From contig DIUE01000068.1 in NCBI GenBank assembly GCA_002435795.1, positions 58,552 to 122,551 of the forward strand: a DNA stretch of 64,000 bases. The letters run 5' to 3'. Below, piece after piece: positions 36,990 through 46,529 of the stretch; the first letter of the stretch is position 1, and each line of letters opens with the position of its first letter. The position numbers were made by a program, and so were the translations under genes. The notes under the pieces are model-generated. The model worked only from the letters and a program-made list of their open reading frames with translations, was not told the DNA's origin and did no database searches. Origin of the DNA: Bacteriovoracaceae bacterium UBA6166 (GTDB lineage: Bacteria > Bdellovibrionota > Bacteriovoracia > Bacteriovoracales > Bacteriovoracaceae).

Positions 36990-38185
36990 TATGAAAACTC
37001 CTTTCGTAGTCCGTATAAAATAGGCTGCTTCATCACTTTTCTGAGACCAAACCAGGCCAATAACAGCAGCCAAATAAGTGAGAGCGTGAAGACAAAAAGA
37101 TAATCCAAAACCCCTAAACTCATTTCGAGTCGAGCTAATTGGTAGACGTCTCCAGGCATTTGGAAAGCGGATAAGTGAGACAATAAAAAATTAAAAAAAG
37201 ACGATAAAAGAAGAGATAGCAAACTGGCGACAAACCAAAATCCTAAAATAAATCCGTACCAGATTTTAGAGAGGGTTCTTTGCCCCATACCCAAAGCCTT
37301 GAAGAGAAAAATTTCTTTTCTTTTTCTCTCGTTCACAAACAAGACGAAAGCAATAATATTAAAAATAGAAATAATGACAATGATTTGCAGGATCAGGCTG
37401 ATCCAGAGCTTTTCGGTCTTAACGACATTAATAAGATAATTATAATCGCTCCAATAAGTTCTGACCGAATAACCATAGCCTAAATAAAGTCTGAGTTGTT
37501 TTTGAAAATCTTCAATCTCAAAGCTCGGATCATTTGATTTTTGATCAACTGGTCGATTGAGAGAGAGCATATTCACTTTCTGTTCTGTATCGAGTTGGTA
37601 TTGAAGTTCTGGGAGGTTCACAAAGATCAACCGCAAATCAGATTGATAAATACCGTGAGTAATGATTTGGGAGATTTTAAAATTTGAGACCGCAGGTAAG
37701 CCACCAAAGGCTTGCCTGCCTGATGCAAAAACCAGCGAGAGTCCGTCTCCAACGGAGAGATTCATGGTGCGAGCGAGCTCTGAACCGATGGCGATACTTC
37801 TTTCAGGTAATGAAATTTTTTGATGAGTCACGGCTTCATAAGTGTCTGGTTTTATCCCTCTAACGAGCACACCTTTAGACTGACCATTAACGATAGCAAA
37901 GCCCTCTGTTTGAATAAAAGCCGTTTGCTCTTTCACTCCAAGTTCAGTCAAGTCGCTGATGAGAGATGAATCTTCTTTAAAAAAACCTTCTCCTGAGTAG
38001 ATCACTAGATCCCCTGAATAGGCCCTCAATCCCTTTTTTAGGGAGACTTCAAAGCCATCCATAATTCCGATGGTGGAGAGAATGACCGCAATGGAAAAAG
38101 AAAAACCAACTAAAGCACCGAGGGCAAAACGGCGTGAGTTTTTTTCAAAAAGCAGAATGCGGCACAGGTCTTTAAGAATTTTCAG
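36989..38185 (-). CDS. lipoprotein-releasing system permease (LolC/E family, FtsX-like); start codon non-canonical or uncertain
   Basis: MacB-type periplasmic domain plus a C-terminal FtsX TM bundle. The expected TM1 (RRFALGALVGFSFSIAVILSTIGIM) is encoded in-frame upstream of the track ATG (38062). Between the in-frame TAG and that ATG there are only CTG/ATT candidates (CTG at 38185). Confidence 0.75.
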   Translation of the reverse strand: MKILKDLCRILLFEKNSRRFALGALVGFSFSIAVILSTIGIMDGFEVSLKKGLRAYSGDLVIYSGEGFFKEDSSLISDLTELGVKEQTAFIQTEGFAIVNGQSKGVLVRGIKPDTYEAVTHQKISLPERSIAIGSELARTMNLSVGDGLSLVFASGRQAFGGLPAVSNFKISQIITHGIYQSDLRLIFVNLPELQYQLDTEQKVNMLSLNRPVDQKSNDPSFEIEDFQKQLRLYLGYGYSVRTYWSDYNYLINVVKTEKLWISLILQIIVIISIFNIIAFVLFVNERKRKEIFLFKALGMGQRTLSKIWYGFILGFWFVASLLSLLLSSFFNFLLSHLSAFQMPGDVYQLARLEMSLGVLDYLFVFTLSLIWLLLLAWFGLRKVMKQPILYGLRKEFS

Positions 38186-39315
38186 CGCTCTCCCCTTCTC
38201 CTACACTCCAACGAAGGTAGGCATCCATAAATGGATTCAAATCACCGTCTAAAACTTTCTCCGCGTTGCCTGATTCTTGGCCAGTGCGATGGTCTTTAAC
38301 TAGCTTATAGGGATGAAGCACATAAGAGCGAATTTGAGCGCCCCATCCAATTTCTTTTTTGGTGGCTTCAATTTCATTATCACGGGCCCGTTTTTTTTCT
38401 AATTCGAGGTCATAGAGTCTTGAGCGCAAAATCTTCATCCCGAATAATTTGTTTTGCAATTGAGATCTCTCATTCTGACAATTCACCACAATCCCCGAGG
38501 GAAGATGGGTAATCCTAACGGCGGAATCGGTGGTATTCACTGACTGCCCACCTGCTCCACCGGCCCTAAAAACATCGATCTTTAAATCTTTATCTAAAAT
38601 TTCAATCTCAATATCATCATCGATCTCAGCAGAAACATAAACGGAAGCAAATGAAGTATGTCGTCTAGCCTGCGAGTCAAAAGGAGAGATGCGCACTAAA
38701 CGATGAACTCCCGTTTCCGATTTCATCAAGCCGTAAGCGTAATTGCCTTCAATTGTCATGGTAACCGATTTTATGCCAGCGCCATCTCCTGGCTGATGAT
38801 CATTGACTTGGACTTTAAAACCTCGTGCCTCGGCCCATCTTGTAAGCATACGATAGAGCATCGATGCCCAGTCGTAAGACTCCGTTCCACCTGCTCCAGC
38901 ATTAATATTGACGATGGCATTATTGGGATCAGTTTCTTCTGAGAGAAGAACCTTTTGCTCGACTGCTTTGTACTGTTTTAAAAACTGCCCCTGAATTTCA
39001 ATGGCTTCTTTTAAAGAAGCTTCGTCCTGATCACTCAAGGCATATTCAGATAGGATTTCAAACTCATCGAGTAGATCTTTTAATTGGGTGTAAGTTTTTA
39101 TGACTTCTTCGAGAACAGATTTTTCTTTTTGAATTTTGGCCGCTTGAGTGGTGTCTTGCCAAAAGCCTTCCATGCTCTCAATTTTCTCTATGCTCTCGAT
39201 TCGCTCTTTTTTCTTATCAATGTCAAAGCGACCTCCGCAAGCTCTCAAGCTTGGAGGCATAAATTTTAAGCTCTGCTTTTTTTTCGCTCAAACTAAGCTT
39301 TAATGATTCGTTCAT
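38172..39315 (-). CDS. prfB: peptide chain release factor 2 (requires programmed +1 frameshift)
   Basis: Frame 0 from ATG 39315 reads MNESLKLSLSEKKAELKIYASKLESLRRSL, then an in-frame TGA (39225-39223). The +1 frame continues DIDKKKERIES... with SPF and GGQ (RAGGAGGQSVN) motifs. Confidence 0.95.
39222..39237 (-). other. prfB +1 frameshift site
   Basis: Minus strand reads CGG AGG TCG CTT TGA C: a slippery CTT-UGA-C with an SD-like AGG a few nt upstream, as at the classical RF2 autoregulatory site. Confidence 0.88.
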
Positions 39316-39318
39316 AGA

Positions 39319-39864
39319 CTACCTTTTTAAATAAAATCGCGCTCGATTGATTAACCAAAGTTCTTTTTGTTCCATCTCAATCCGCTCTTTCTCTCCACGA
39401 TCGTGATCAAAATCGAGAAGGTGCAAAAAACCATGAACAACCAGATGCAAAAGCTCTTCGTTTAGGCTTAAATCAAAACTCCGCGCCTGTTTTGCCGCCA
39501 TATTGAGGGAGATAAACAAATCCCCTAAATGCAACTCTGGAAGTTTACTTGAATCCCTGAGCTCTTGTCTCGAATCAAAATACTGAAAAGACAGAACATC
39601 AGTGGTTTTATCCTTCTGACGATAGTTTCGATTGAGAGTTCGCATCCGCTGATCACCGCACAAAGTGAGAGAGAGTTGCCAACTGTGGTTGCTGGTCGGA
39701 AATTTGAGAGAGTCTCGGGTTTTCCCCCAGATAAAATCTTCTGAGGCTTTGAGATAGGCTTGCAAAAAGGGTTTCAGGGTCTTGAAGCGCGCTGCAGCTT
39801 TCAGATGACTCGTATCATAAATCCTGAGCGAAATTTTTTGAGACGAGACCGAATTTTGATACAT
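39319..39864 (-). CDS. ybeY: rRNA maturation endoribonuclease YbeY
   Basis: HLVVHGFLHLLDFDH zinc-binding H-x3-H-x5-H motif; 181 aa. Confidence 0.9.
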   Translation of the reverse strand: MYQNSVSSQKISLRIYDTSHLKAAARFKTLKPFLQAYLKASEDFIWGKTRDSLKFPTSNHSWQLSLTLCGDQRMRTLNRNYRQKDKTTDVLSFQYFDSRQELRDSSKLPELHLGDLFISLNMAAKQARSFDLSLNEELLHLVVHGFLHLLDFDHDRGEKERIEMEQKELWLINRARFYLKR

Positions 39865-39935
39865 ACGAGCTTACTCTTTGTAACTGAGGAGTTAAAATAG
39901 ATTTATAGTTTAACAAATAAAAAGGAAAACACCCA

Positions 39936-40736
39936 ATGGAAAGGCCTGAACTAGATGAATTAATTAATGTCGTCAGGGCGCTTCGCGACCCAAAAACTGG
40001 TTGCCCATGGGATCTCAAACAAAATCACCAATCACTTTTACGTTATCTTTTTGAAGAGAGTTATGAATTTAAAAATGCCGTGACTCAAAAAAGTGACAGC
40101 GAAATGGAAGAGGAACTGGGTGATATTTTGCTGCAAGTTCTCCTGCACGCACAAATTGCAACGGACCGAAAAGCCTTCACCCTCGAGTCCGTGGCCGCAA
40201 AATTGAAAAAGAAACTCATTCATCGCCACCCACATGTTTTTGCCTCCGAGGGTGAATCTTTGAGTGCCGAAGAAGTGGAAAAACGATGGCAAAAACTTAA
40301 AGAGCAGGAAAAGCCCGCTACAAAAACTCCCGCTCTTTCAAACAGAGTCCTGAATGATACCGCGCTGGGAACGGCCAAGACGATTGGTGAGAAAACCCGA
40401 GAACTCAATTTTGACTGGGAAGACGCTCCACAAGTGCTTTATAAAGTCGAAGAAGAATGGCAAGAGCTCAAAGAGGAAATTGTTCCAGGTGTAGAAGTGA
40501 ATAGACAACGAATTCAGGAAGAACTTGGAGATTTCTTATTTTCTACAGTTCAACTGGCGAGACATTTAGGCGTTGATAGTGAAGAGGCTTTGAGACAGGC
40601 CAATGAAAAATTCGTTAGGCGTTTTCAACAGGTAGAACATTTAATTCAGCAAGAAAAGCTAAACTTCACTGATCTCTCTCAGCAGCAACTTGATGTCTAT
40701 TGGAATCAAGTGAAATACAATGAGAAGAAAGTCTAA
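39936..40736 (+). CDS. mazG: nucleoside triphosphate pyrophosphohydrolase MazG
   Basis: LRDPKTGCPWDLKQNHQSLLRYLFEESYE, EELGDILLQV, and a second EELGDFLF repeat (tandem MazG domains). Confidence 0.9.
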   Translation: MERPELDELINVVRALRDPKTGCPWDLKQNHQSLLRYLFEESYEFKNAVTQKSDSEMEEELGDILLQVLLHAQIATDRKAFTLESVAAKLKKKLIHRHPHVFASEGESLSAEEVEKRWQKLKEQEKPATKTPALSNRVLNDTALGTAKTIGEKTRELNFDWEDAPQVLYKVEEEWQELKEEIVPGVEVNRQRIQEELGDFLFSTVQLARHLGVDSEEALRQANEKFVRRFQQVEHLIQQEKLNFTDLSQQQLDVYWNQVKYNEKKV

Positions 40737-41378
40737 ATGAAGCTTAATCCAGAAATCAAACTTCTTAACTCTGAAACAAGGCTCTATGGTTTTGATAAAC
40801 CAATTGTTGGGCTGACAGGTGGAATTGCGACGGGTAAGTCCACTGTAACGAAAATCCTCAGAGACCGAGGACTGGCGGTTATCTGTGCCGATGAGTTAGT
40901 AAAAAAAATCTATCAAGATGAACAAATTCTAACAATCTTAAGAGAGAAAGCGCCGACAGCAATCACTCAGCATCAAGTTAATTTCAAAGAACTTAGAAAA
41001 ATCTTTTTCTCCGATAAAGAACTAAAAAAGATTTTGTCGGAAGCTATTTATCAACACTTGCCACATGCTTTCTTGAGCGAGGCACGAAAACACTCACTTG
41101 CTAGTTTTATTATTTATGATGTTCCTCTGCTTTTTGAAAAAGGCTTACAGCTTAAAGTCGATACGAATTGCCTGATCTACTCGAGTGTTGCAGATCAGCG
41201 TGCTAGGATTTCTCAAAGGGATGGGACGGACGATCTAACGATTGATCGAATTTTATCAGAACAACTGCCAATAGATAGCAAACGGAAGATGGCAGAAATC
41301 GTGGTTGAGAATACGAAGGATCGGGAATTCTTAAATGGCCAGGTAACCAATTGGTTGACCTGGCTGACTAAAGCCTAA
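40737..41378 (+). CDS. coaE: dephospho-CoA kinase
   Basis: P-loop GLTGGIATGKST and DVPLLFE. Starts immediately after the mazG stop. Confidence 0.9.
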   Translation: MKLNPEIKLLNSETRLYGFDKPIVGLTGGIATGKSTVTKILRDRGLAVICADELVKKIYQDEQILTILREKAPTAITQHQVNFKELRKIFFSDKELKKILSEAIYQHLPHAFLSEARKHSLASFIIYDVPLLFEKGLQLKVDTNCLIYSSVADQRARISQRDGTDDLTIDRILSEQLPIDSKRKMAEIVVENTKDREFLNGQVTNWLTWLTKA

Positions 41379-41498
41379 AGATGGCTTAAAAAAGAAACGA
41401 CTTTGACCTTTCCTTCTTCTTCACCTTTGTCGTCTTTATAGCTTTTGATATCCTTGTCATTTAAGACAGAGATTTTCGTTGGCTGTGCCGGTTGGGCG

Positions 41499-43805
41499 CT
41501 AATGCAAGTCTAGCTCAATCTTCTTAATTTTCTTAGACGAAGAGACAAAGGTCGCATGCATTGATCTTAAAGAGTTAATCATCTGTTCATCACTCTTTTC
41601 AGTTTCTCGAACGAGTCTAGCAGCATCGTACATATCATTCTCGATGGCTTCTCTGGAAGAATTAAACCTATATTCGAGATCAGACAAGTCAGGGGCTTTA
41701 TTATCATTCAAAATCATAGAGACTTTGGACAGTCCAACATCTAGTTGAGTTGAGACTTTAGAAAAGGAAACGAGAAGTTTATCAAAATTTCTCATTTCAA
41801 CTTTTATCTGATTTAGACTCTCATCAACACGAGAATTACCGGCTTCAGTTCTTCCAAATACAAGAGATTGATCTACTAATTGCATCAGCATAGTTCTGTA
41901 TTGATCAATTTGATTTTTGAAAGTTTTAAAATCGTCTCTCACTCTACAAACCGTATCAAATGCTGAAATATTTTCAGTCAATAACTGATTCACGCTCTTT
42001 GCTTGCTTGAGAAGCTCAACTTCTTCTTTAAGGAGTGTTTTAGAAACAGTTGAAGTTGATTGATAATAAGACTCAAGCTGTCCTCGAAGATCAATCACTC
42101 GAATAACATCTTCTTTAACCAAATTGAATTCTTCAACCACTCTTTTTTGTAAACTTCTGGCTTCGTGCAAGTCGTTTTTAATTTTAGACATTTCAGTATT
42201 TGACTTCATCAATTGCTGAGAAATTCTCTTGATCTCATCAGAAAGTACTTCTTTCTGGCGAGCATTATAGGCGTGATAATTCTTAAATTTTTCGTGAATT
42301 TGACTAATGCCCGCAATAACAAAATCTTTCTCAATTTTCGCGGCGAAATCCTCGGTCCATTGATTTGACTCAAGGGTATCTAGGGCGCGGCTAACTGGTC
42401 CTATTAGGCTTCTCGTCTGATCAGACAATGTTTGCTCAAGAGAAGTCAGAGGATAGAAAATAATCATAATACGTTTTTGTCCTGCGTACTCAACGGGTGA
42501 GACATACATTTCAAAAGGCTGAGCCTCTTGGTCTTGAGAACGTTTCACTTGTATATGGTAGATACCGGCCAAATCCTGCTTAAGAGCTTGAATGACTGGA
42601 TCATCTTCCCCAAGATTTGTGAATTGCTGAAGATAATCCCAAGTTGTCGAACCGTCCTCTACTTGGTTTTGTTGCAAAGACCAGTGTTGGTAAAAAAGAG
42701 TGTTGGCCCAAACAACATTTAGGTTTGAATCTAAAAGAATTGAAGAGAAAGGCATTGCCTCTTGGAAGATTGAACCAAAGCTCATTCTCTTATGGATATA
42801 CTCGCGGTACTTCACCAAATCTGTCTCAAACTCTTTTGAGATCTTATAAGGCATTTGTGAATTTAGTGGAATCAAACCATCTCGAATAGTAGAGATCGTT
42901 AATCTCTCTACAAAACGTCGAGTCCCTTTTTGATTTGCGGTATAGACAAAGAAACCACCAGCTAAAAGCAAAAAGGTAATTCCAATAATACCGATAAAAG
43001 CAAAAAGAATATTCTGAGAGTTCTTTTCAAACTCGATTCGGCGATAACTAATGGCCGGTTCAATCTGTGAAAACCATGACTGGTAAGACGTCTCAAAAGC
43101 TTCAAGATGTTGTTTAAAGACTCTCATTTGAGATGTATAATTTTTAAGCATCTCAAGTTCCGTATTAAACGATTGCAGATTTGTCAGGATACTATTTTTA
43201 TTTTCTTGCGATAGAACAGATCCCGTCGTCACATTCTTCATTAACTCAAAATCAGCTTCAAAGGAACGTGTCAGTTCTGCCAATCGATCATAACTGTAAA
43301 AATTTGTGCTTCTCAATCTTTCAGGAGTGACTCGTGTTTGAATTCTTTTCGCTGTTCTTGAGAGCGTACTCCAGTTATTGGTCGTCACAAAATTCTCAAA
43401 ATTATTGAGTTTGTTGCTAAAAACTAGCATTACAGTTGATAGTTCTGGAAACGCGATGAGTTTATTGAGATTTTGTTTTACTTGCTCAATGTCTTTTTGA
43501 ACATAGGAGTGAGCTTCTACTTCTCGAATGCGATTGAGTGATGTCATATCAGAATCGATAGTCTCAAGTAGTCTCACAGCTTCACGGACGCGATCATTAA
43601 TCACAAGAGTTCTAATTTTCGAGAGATCCTCTCGTTTTTTCATTTCGTCTATTTGTAATGTGGCTTCAAAGACAGAAGAGATGTTTTCAATATTAGCAGG
43701 ACCTTTGTGCCAGAAATGATAGAGCCCAAAACACAAAGCGCCACCAAGGGCTAGGAGCGAAAACATATAATAGTAATGAACATTTCTGCTTAGATTAAAA
43801 TTCAT
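41499..43805 (-). CDS. sensor-shaped membrane protein (2 TM, helical periplasmic region, PAS-like domain, about 300-aa coiled coil) with no recognisable output domain
   Basis: TM1 YYYMFSLLALGGALCFGLYHFW, TM2 ILFAFIGIIGITFLLLAGGFFVY, PAS-like FQEAMPFSSILLDSNLNVVWANTLFYQHW, then a heptad-rich C-terminus. No HisKA/HATPase, GGDEF or MCP tip motif seen. Confidence 0.5.
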   Translation of the reverse strand: MNFNLSRNVHYYYMFSLLALGGALCFGLYHFWHKGPANIENISSVFEATLQIDEMKKREDLSKIRTLVINDRVREAVRLLETIDSDMTSLNRIREVEAHSYVQKDIEQVKQNLNKLIAFPELSTVMLVFSNKLNNFENFVTTNNWSTLSRTAKRIQTRVTPERLRSTNFYSYDRLAELTRSFEADFELMKNVTTGSVLSQENKNSILTNLQSFNTELEMLKNYTSQMRVFKQHLEAFETSYQSWFSQIEPAISYRRIEFEKNSQNILFAFIGIIGITFLLLAGGFFVYTANQKGTRRFVERLTISTIRDGLIPLNSQMPYKISKEFETDLVKYREYIHKRMSFGSIFQEAMPFSSILLDSNLNVVWANTLFYQHWSLQQNQVEDGSTTWDYLQQFTNLGEDDPVIQALKQDLAGIYHIQVKRSQDQEAQPFEMYVSPVEYAGQKRIMIIFYPLTSLEQTLSDQTRSLIGPVSRALDTLESNQWTEDFAAKIEKDFVIAGISQIHEKFKNYHAYNARQKEVLSDEIKRISQQLMKSNTEMSKIKNDLHEARSLQKRVVEEFNLVKEDVIRVIDLRGQLESYYQSTSTVSKTLLKEEVELLKQAKSVNQLLTENISAFDTVCRVRDDFKTFKNQIDQYRTMLMQLVDQSLVFGRTEAGNSRVDESLNQIKVEMRNFDKLLVSFSKVSTQLDVGLSKVSMILNDNKAPDLSDLEYRFNSSREAIENDMYDAARLVRETEKSDEQMINSLRSMHATFVSSSKKIKKIELDLH

Positions 43806-43841
43806 CTAGACTCCATAAAAAGATTTATTGAAGGATAAATC

Positions 43842-44783
43842 TCAGCAGGCCATGAGAGAAAGGATATCTAGGAAAAAATAATTCCGAGAGCTTTCGTCAA
43901 CATCCTGTCGAGGTTCATCTTTGCCACATCCTGTGTACCCGAGCATCTCCTGAAGTTGAGCCTCTCTGATAAGGCACCCCTTCTTAGGTATTATGATTGA
44001 GACAGGACGAAATAGGAAGGCAAAATGCAAAATTTCACAGTCAGTTTTGGTTTCTAAAGACTTTCTAGTAGGCCTGTAGAATTTCTCGACTTTTAGGTCT
44101 TCTTTTATTTCTATGCAAAGGTGCCTTCCTTTCTTTAAGAGGGCTTCCGAAGAAATACAAAATTGATCAACTATAGAAGAGAGGCCTAAAAGAGGAATAT
44201 GCTTTTGGCCAATATCGATCACATATGATTGTCCTGTGTGCTTATCAGAAGTCATCAATAGCTCTATGAATAAACTAGATTCACTGGCCTGAGTCGATTG
44301 AAAAGTCAGAACGATACCTAGACTTAATAGTTTTCGAGTAATGGCATAAATTTTCACTCTCTCGGCCTCAATATTTTTTTCGAGGTCTAATTCGGCGTGA
44401 AAACGACATTTTTGACTTGAGAGCTCAAGGGAACTCTCTCCTTTGAAAGGCAGAGATTGAATGGCTTCGATAAAAAGCGGTAACGATTCTAAGAGATCAT
44501 CCCAGTTAAGTAGGGAAAACTCATTTTGGTCCATTTTGAGTTCGACTACACTAATATTAGGATTGCGTTTAATTTTTTCTTTATTGCGCTCTACAAAGCC
44601 TTCAAAAAACTTATAGATACGAGGAAGTGTTTGAGCCCCAAGGGTGATTGAGGCATTTGTGTTTCTTGATTCTGCAAATTGATAAATGGCTTGTCTAATT
44701 AGGGGGGATAAATTCTCTTTAGAGAGCGATTGAATATCGTCTAAATACTGTATCCCTCGCTGAAAAGACTTATCACTCAACAT
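43842..44783 (-). CDS. hypothetical protein (313 aa) immediately downstream of fliA
   Basis: Long ORF 8 nt after the fliA stop and 36 nt before the next ORF. No motif recognised. Confidence 0.4.
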   Translation of the reverse strand: MLSDKSFQRGIQYLDDIQSLSKENLSPLIRQAIYQFAESRNTNASITLGAQTLPRIYKFFEGFVERNKEKIKRNPNISVVELKMDQNEFSLLNWDDLLESLPLFIEAIQSLPFKGESSLELSSQKCRFHAELDLEKNIEAERVKIYAITRKLLSLGIVLTFQSTQASESSLFIELLMTSDKHTGQSYVIDIGQKHIPLLGLSSIVDQFCISSEALLKKGRHLCIEIKEDLKVEKFYRPTRKSLETKTDCEILHFAFLFRPVSIIIPKKGCLIREAQLQEMLGYTGCGKDEPRQDVDESSRNYFFLDILSLMAC

Positions 44784-44791
44784 AATTATTC

Positions 44792-45580
44792 CTAGCTCGC
44801 AAGATCCTCTGGAGAATCAAATACTGTTTTGAGCTTTGCTTTAAGCTTTAAGATTGCCTGAGTGTGCAACTGAGACACTCTTGATTCCGTCACATCTAAA
44901 ACCTGTCCAATTTCTTTTAAATTTAAATCTTCGTAGTAATAGAGTGAAAGAACGAGTCTCTGTTTTTCTGGAAGGGTCGCAATCCCTTCTTTAATCTTGT
45001 CTCTAGAATTTTTGTACGAGACCGCGGAAAACGGATTTGAAGAGCGGCTCTCTTCCATCAATCCGGCCATTAATTTTTTATCGCCACGATTAAAAGTAGC
45101 TGAGTCATCAATATTTAGTAATGAAACAGACTTGGCTTTATTAAGAAGTTCGTGGAATTCTTCTTGTGTCACCTGGAGTTCTTCACACATTTCTTCGTCC
45201 GTCGCTGGACGGCCGAGCTCTGCTTCAATTTTAGCGTAAGCTTTTTCTACGAGTTTGGCTTTTTCACGGATTGATCTTGGAACCCAATCTTGCGCTCTAA
45301 GTTCATCTAGGATTGCGCCACGAACGCGAAATTCCGCATAAGTTTTAAATTTATTGTCTCTCGATGGATCAAATTTTTCGATAGCATCCATAAGACCGAT
45401 CACACCACAAGAAATGAGGTCATCAAGCTCAATATTTGACGGCAGTCTCGACGCAATTTTTTGCGCAATAAACTTAATCAACGGAGCATACTCAATAATA
45501 ATTTGATCTTTTACTTTTGGATCAACTGTAGAGCGGTAGTCTGTAAGGTTCTTAAGTTTCTTCGAGAGAGATGACATCAA
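44792..45580 (-). CDS. fliA: flagellar sigma factor sigma-28
   Basis: 262 aa. Region 2 (DDLISCGVIGLMDAIEKFDP...FKTYAEFRVRGAILDELR) and region 4 HTH (LNLKEIGQVLDVTESRVSQLH). Confidence 0.92.
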   Translation of the reverse strand: MMSSLSKKLKNLTDYRSTVDPKVKDQIIIEYAPLIKFIAQKIASRLPSNIELDDLISCGVIGLMDAIEKFDPSRDNKFKTYAEFRVRGAILDELRAQDWVPRSIREKAKLVEKAYAKIEAELGRPATDEEMCEELQVTQEEFHELLNKAKSVSLLNIDDSATFNRGDKKLMAGLMEESRSSNPFSAVSYKNSRDKIKEGIATLPEKQRLVLSLYYYEDLNLKEIGQVLDVTESRVSQLHTQAILKLKAKLKTVFDSPEDLAS

Positions 45581-45588
45581 AGCACTCC

Positions 45589-46497
45589 TTAGCTAATCGT
45601 TGGTCGAACATCATGTCGAAAGTCATCTACGCGGACGTAGGGCACCCCTATGACTGGAGGACTCATTGCAATGCCATCACTCTCCTCGGTGAACTTATTA
45701 AGGATTTTAGAAAAACTATCCTGAAAACTAGAATCGGCATTTTTTAACAGCAACTGATCGAAACGATCAACATCTGTATCTGCTTTGGGAATTCCCCCAA
45801 GCACTTTTAAGCGGCATCCTAAAAAGTTTTCGGTCGTTTCAGATAATGTCTTAACGATTCGGCCATACTGAGCCGGGTTAGACACTTTATTCACAATTAA
45901 ATGATTGCTCTTAATTCCAAATTTTTTATTCAGAATTTTTATCAGCGAGTAGCTATCTGTGACTGAAGATTTGTCGGGAGTAACGACAAAAAAACGATAG
46001 TCACTATAGGCGTTGAGAGCGAGAGTATCTTTTGAAAGCCCTGCCGGACAATCTAAAATAATATAGTCATAATTCTTCTCTTGATTAACTAGAATCTCAA
46101 CGATGAGTTGGTCGATACGAAAAGAGTCTTCAAATAATTCTAGACTGCCGTTGCAAGCTGAAAAAAGATGAAAATAGCCATCTTGATGAATACATTCTGC
46201 AAATGATTTTGATTCATTTTTGTAATCGACGAAGGCTTGAGTAATCGGCAATCCAAGCTTTACTGCTGTGTTTGAAAGATTGTAATCGCAGTCGATCAAA
46301 AGAACTTTATAATTTTTAGCGGCCAGTTCTGTTGCCATTTTAACAGAAACAGAAGTTTTCCCAACTCCACCTTTTCCACTAGTGACAGAGATAGTGTAAG
46401 CATTTCTCTGAAATTTTTTAGGGAAGCTTTCAACTTCTGGTTTTGGAGCGTACTTATTTTGCGAAAGTAGCCACTCCCCGGTGCTTTTTGTCGACAT
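45589..46497 (-). CDS. flhG: flagellar number regulator FlhG/FleN (MinD/ParA-type ATPase)
   Basis: Deviant Walker A SGKGGVGKTS, LLIDCD, ILDCPAG. Positioned between flhF and fliA. Confidence 0.85.
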   Translation of the reverse strand: MSTKSTGEWLLSQNKYAPKPEVESFPKKFQRNAYTISVTSGKGGVGKTSVSVKMATELAAKNYKVLLIDCDYNLSNTAVKLGLPITQAFVDYKNESKSFAECIHQDGYFHLFSACNGSLELFEDSFRIDQLIVEILVNQEKNYDYIILDCPAGLSKDTLALNAYSDYRFFVVTPDKSSVTDSYSLIKILNKKFGIKSNHLIVNKVSNPAQYGRIVKTLSETTENFLGCRLKVLGGIPKADTDVDRFDQLLLKNADSSFQDSFSKILNKFTEESDGIAMSPPVIGVPYVRVDDFRHDVRPTIS

Positions 46498-46529
46498 CCT
46501 GTCTCCTTAAAATTTTCTAACCTCAGTTT

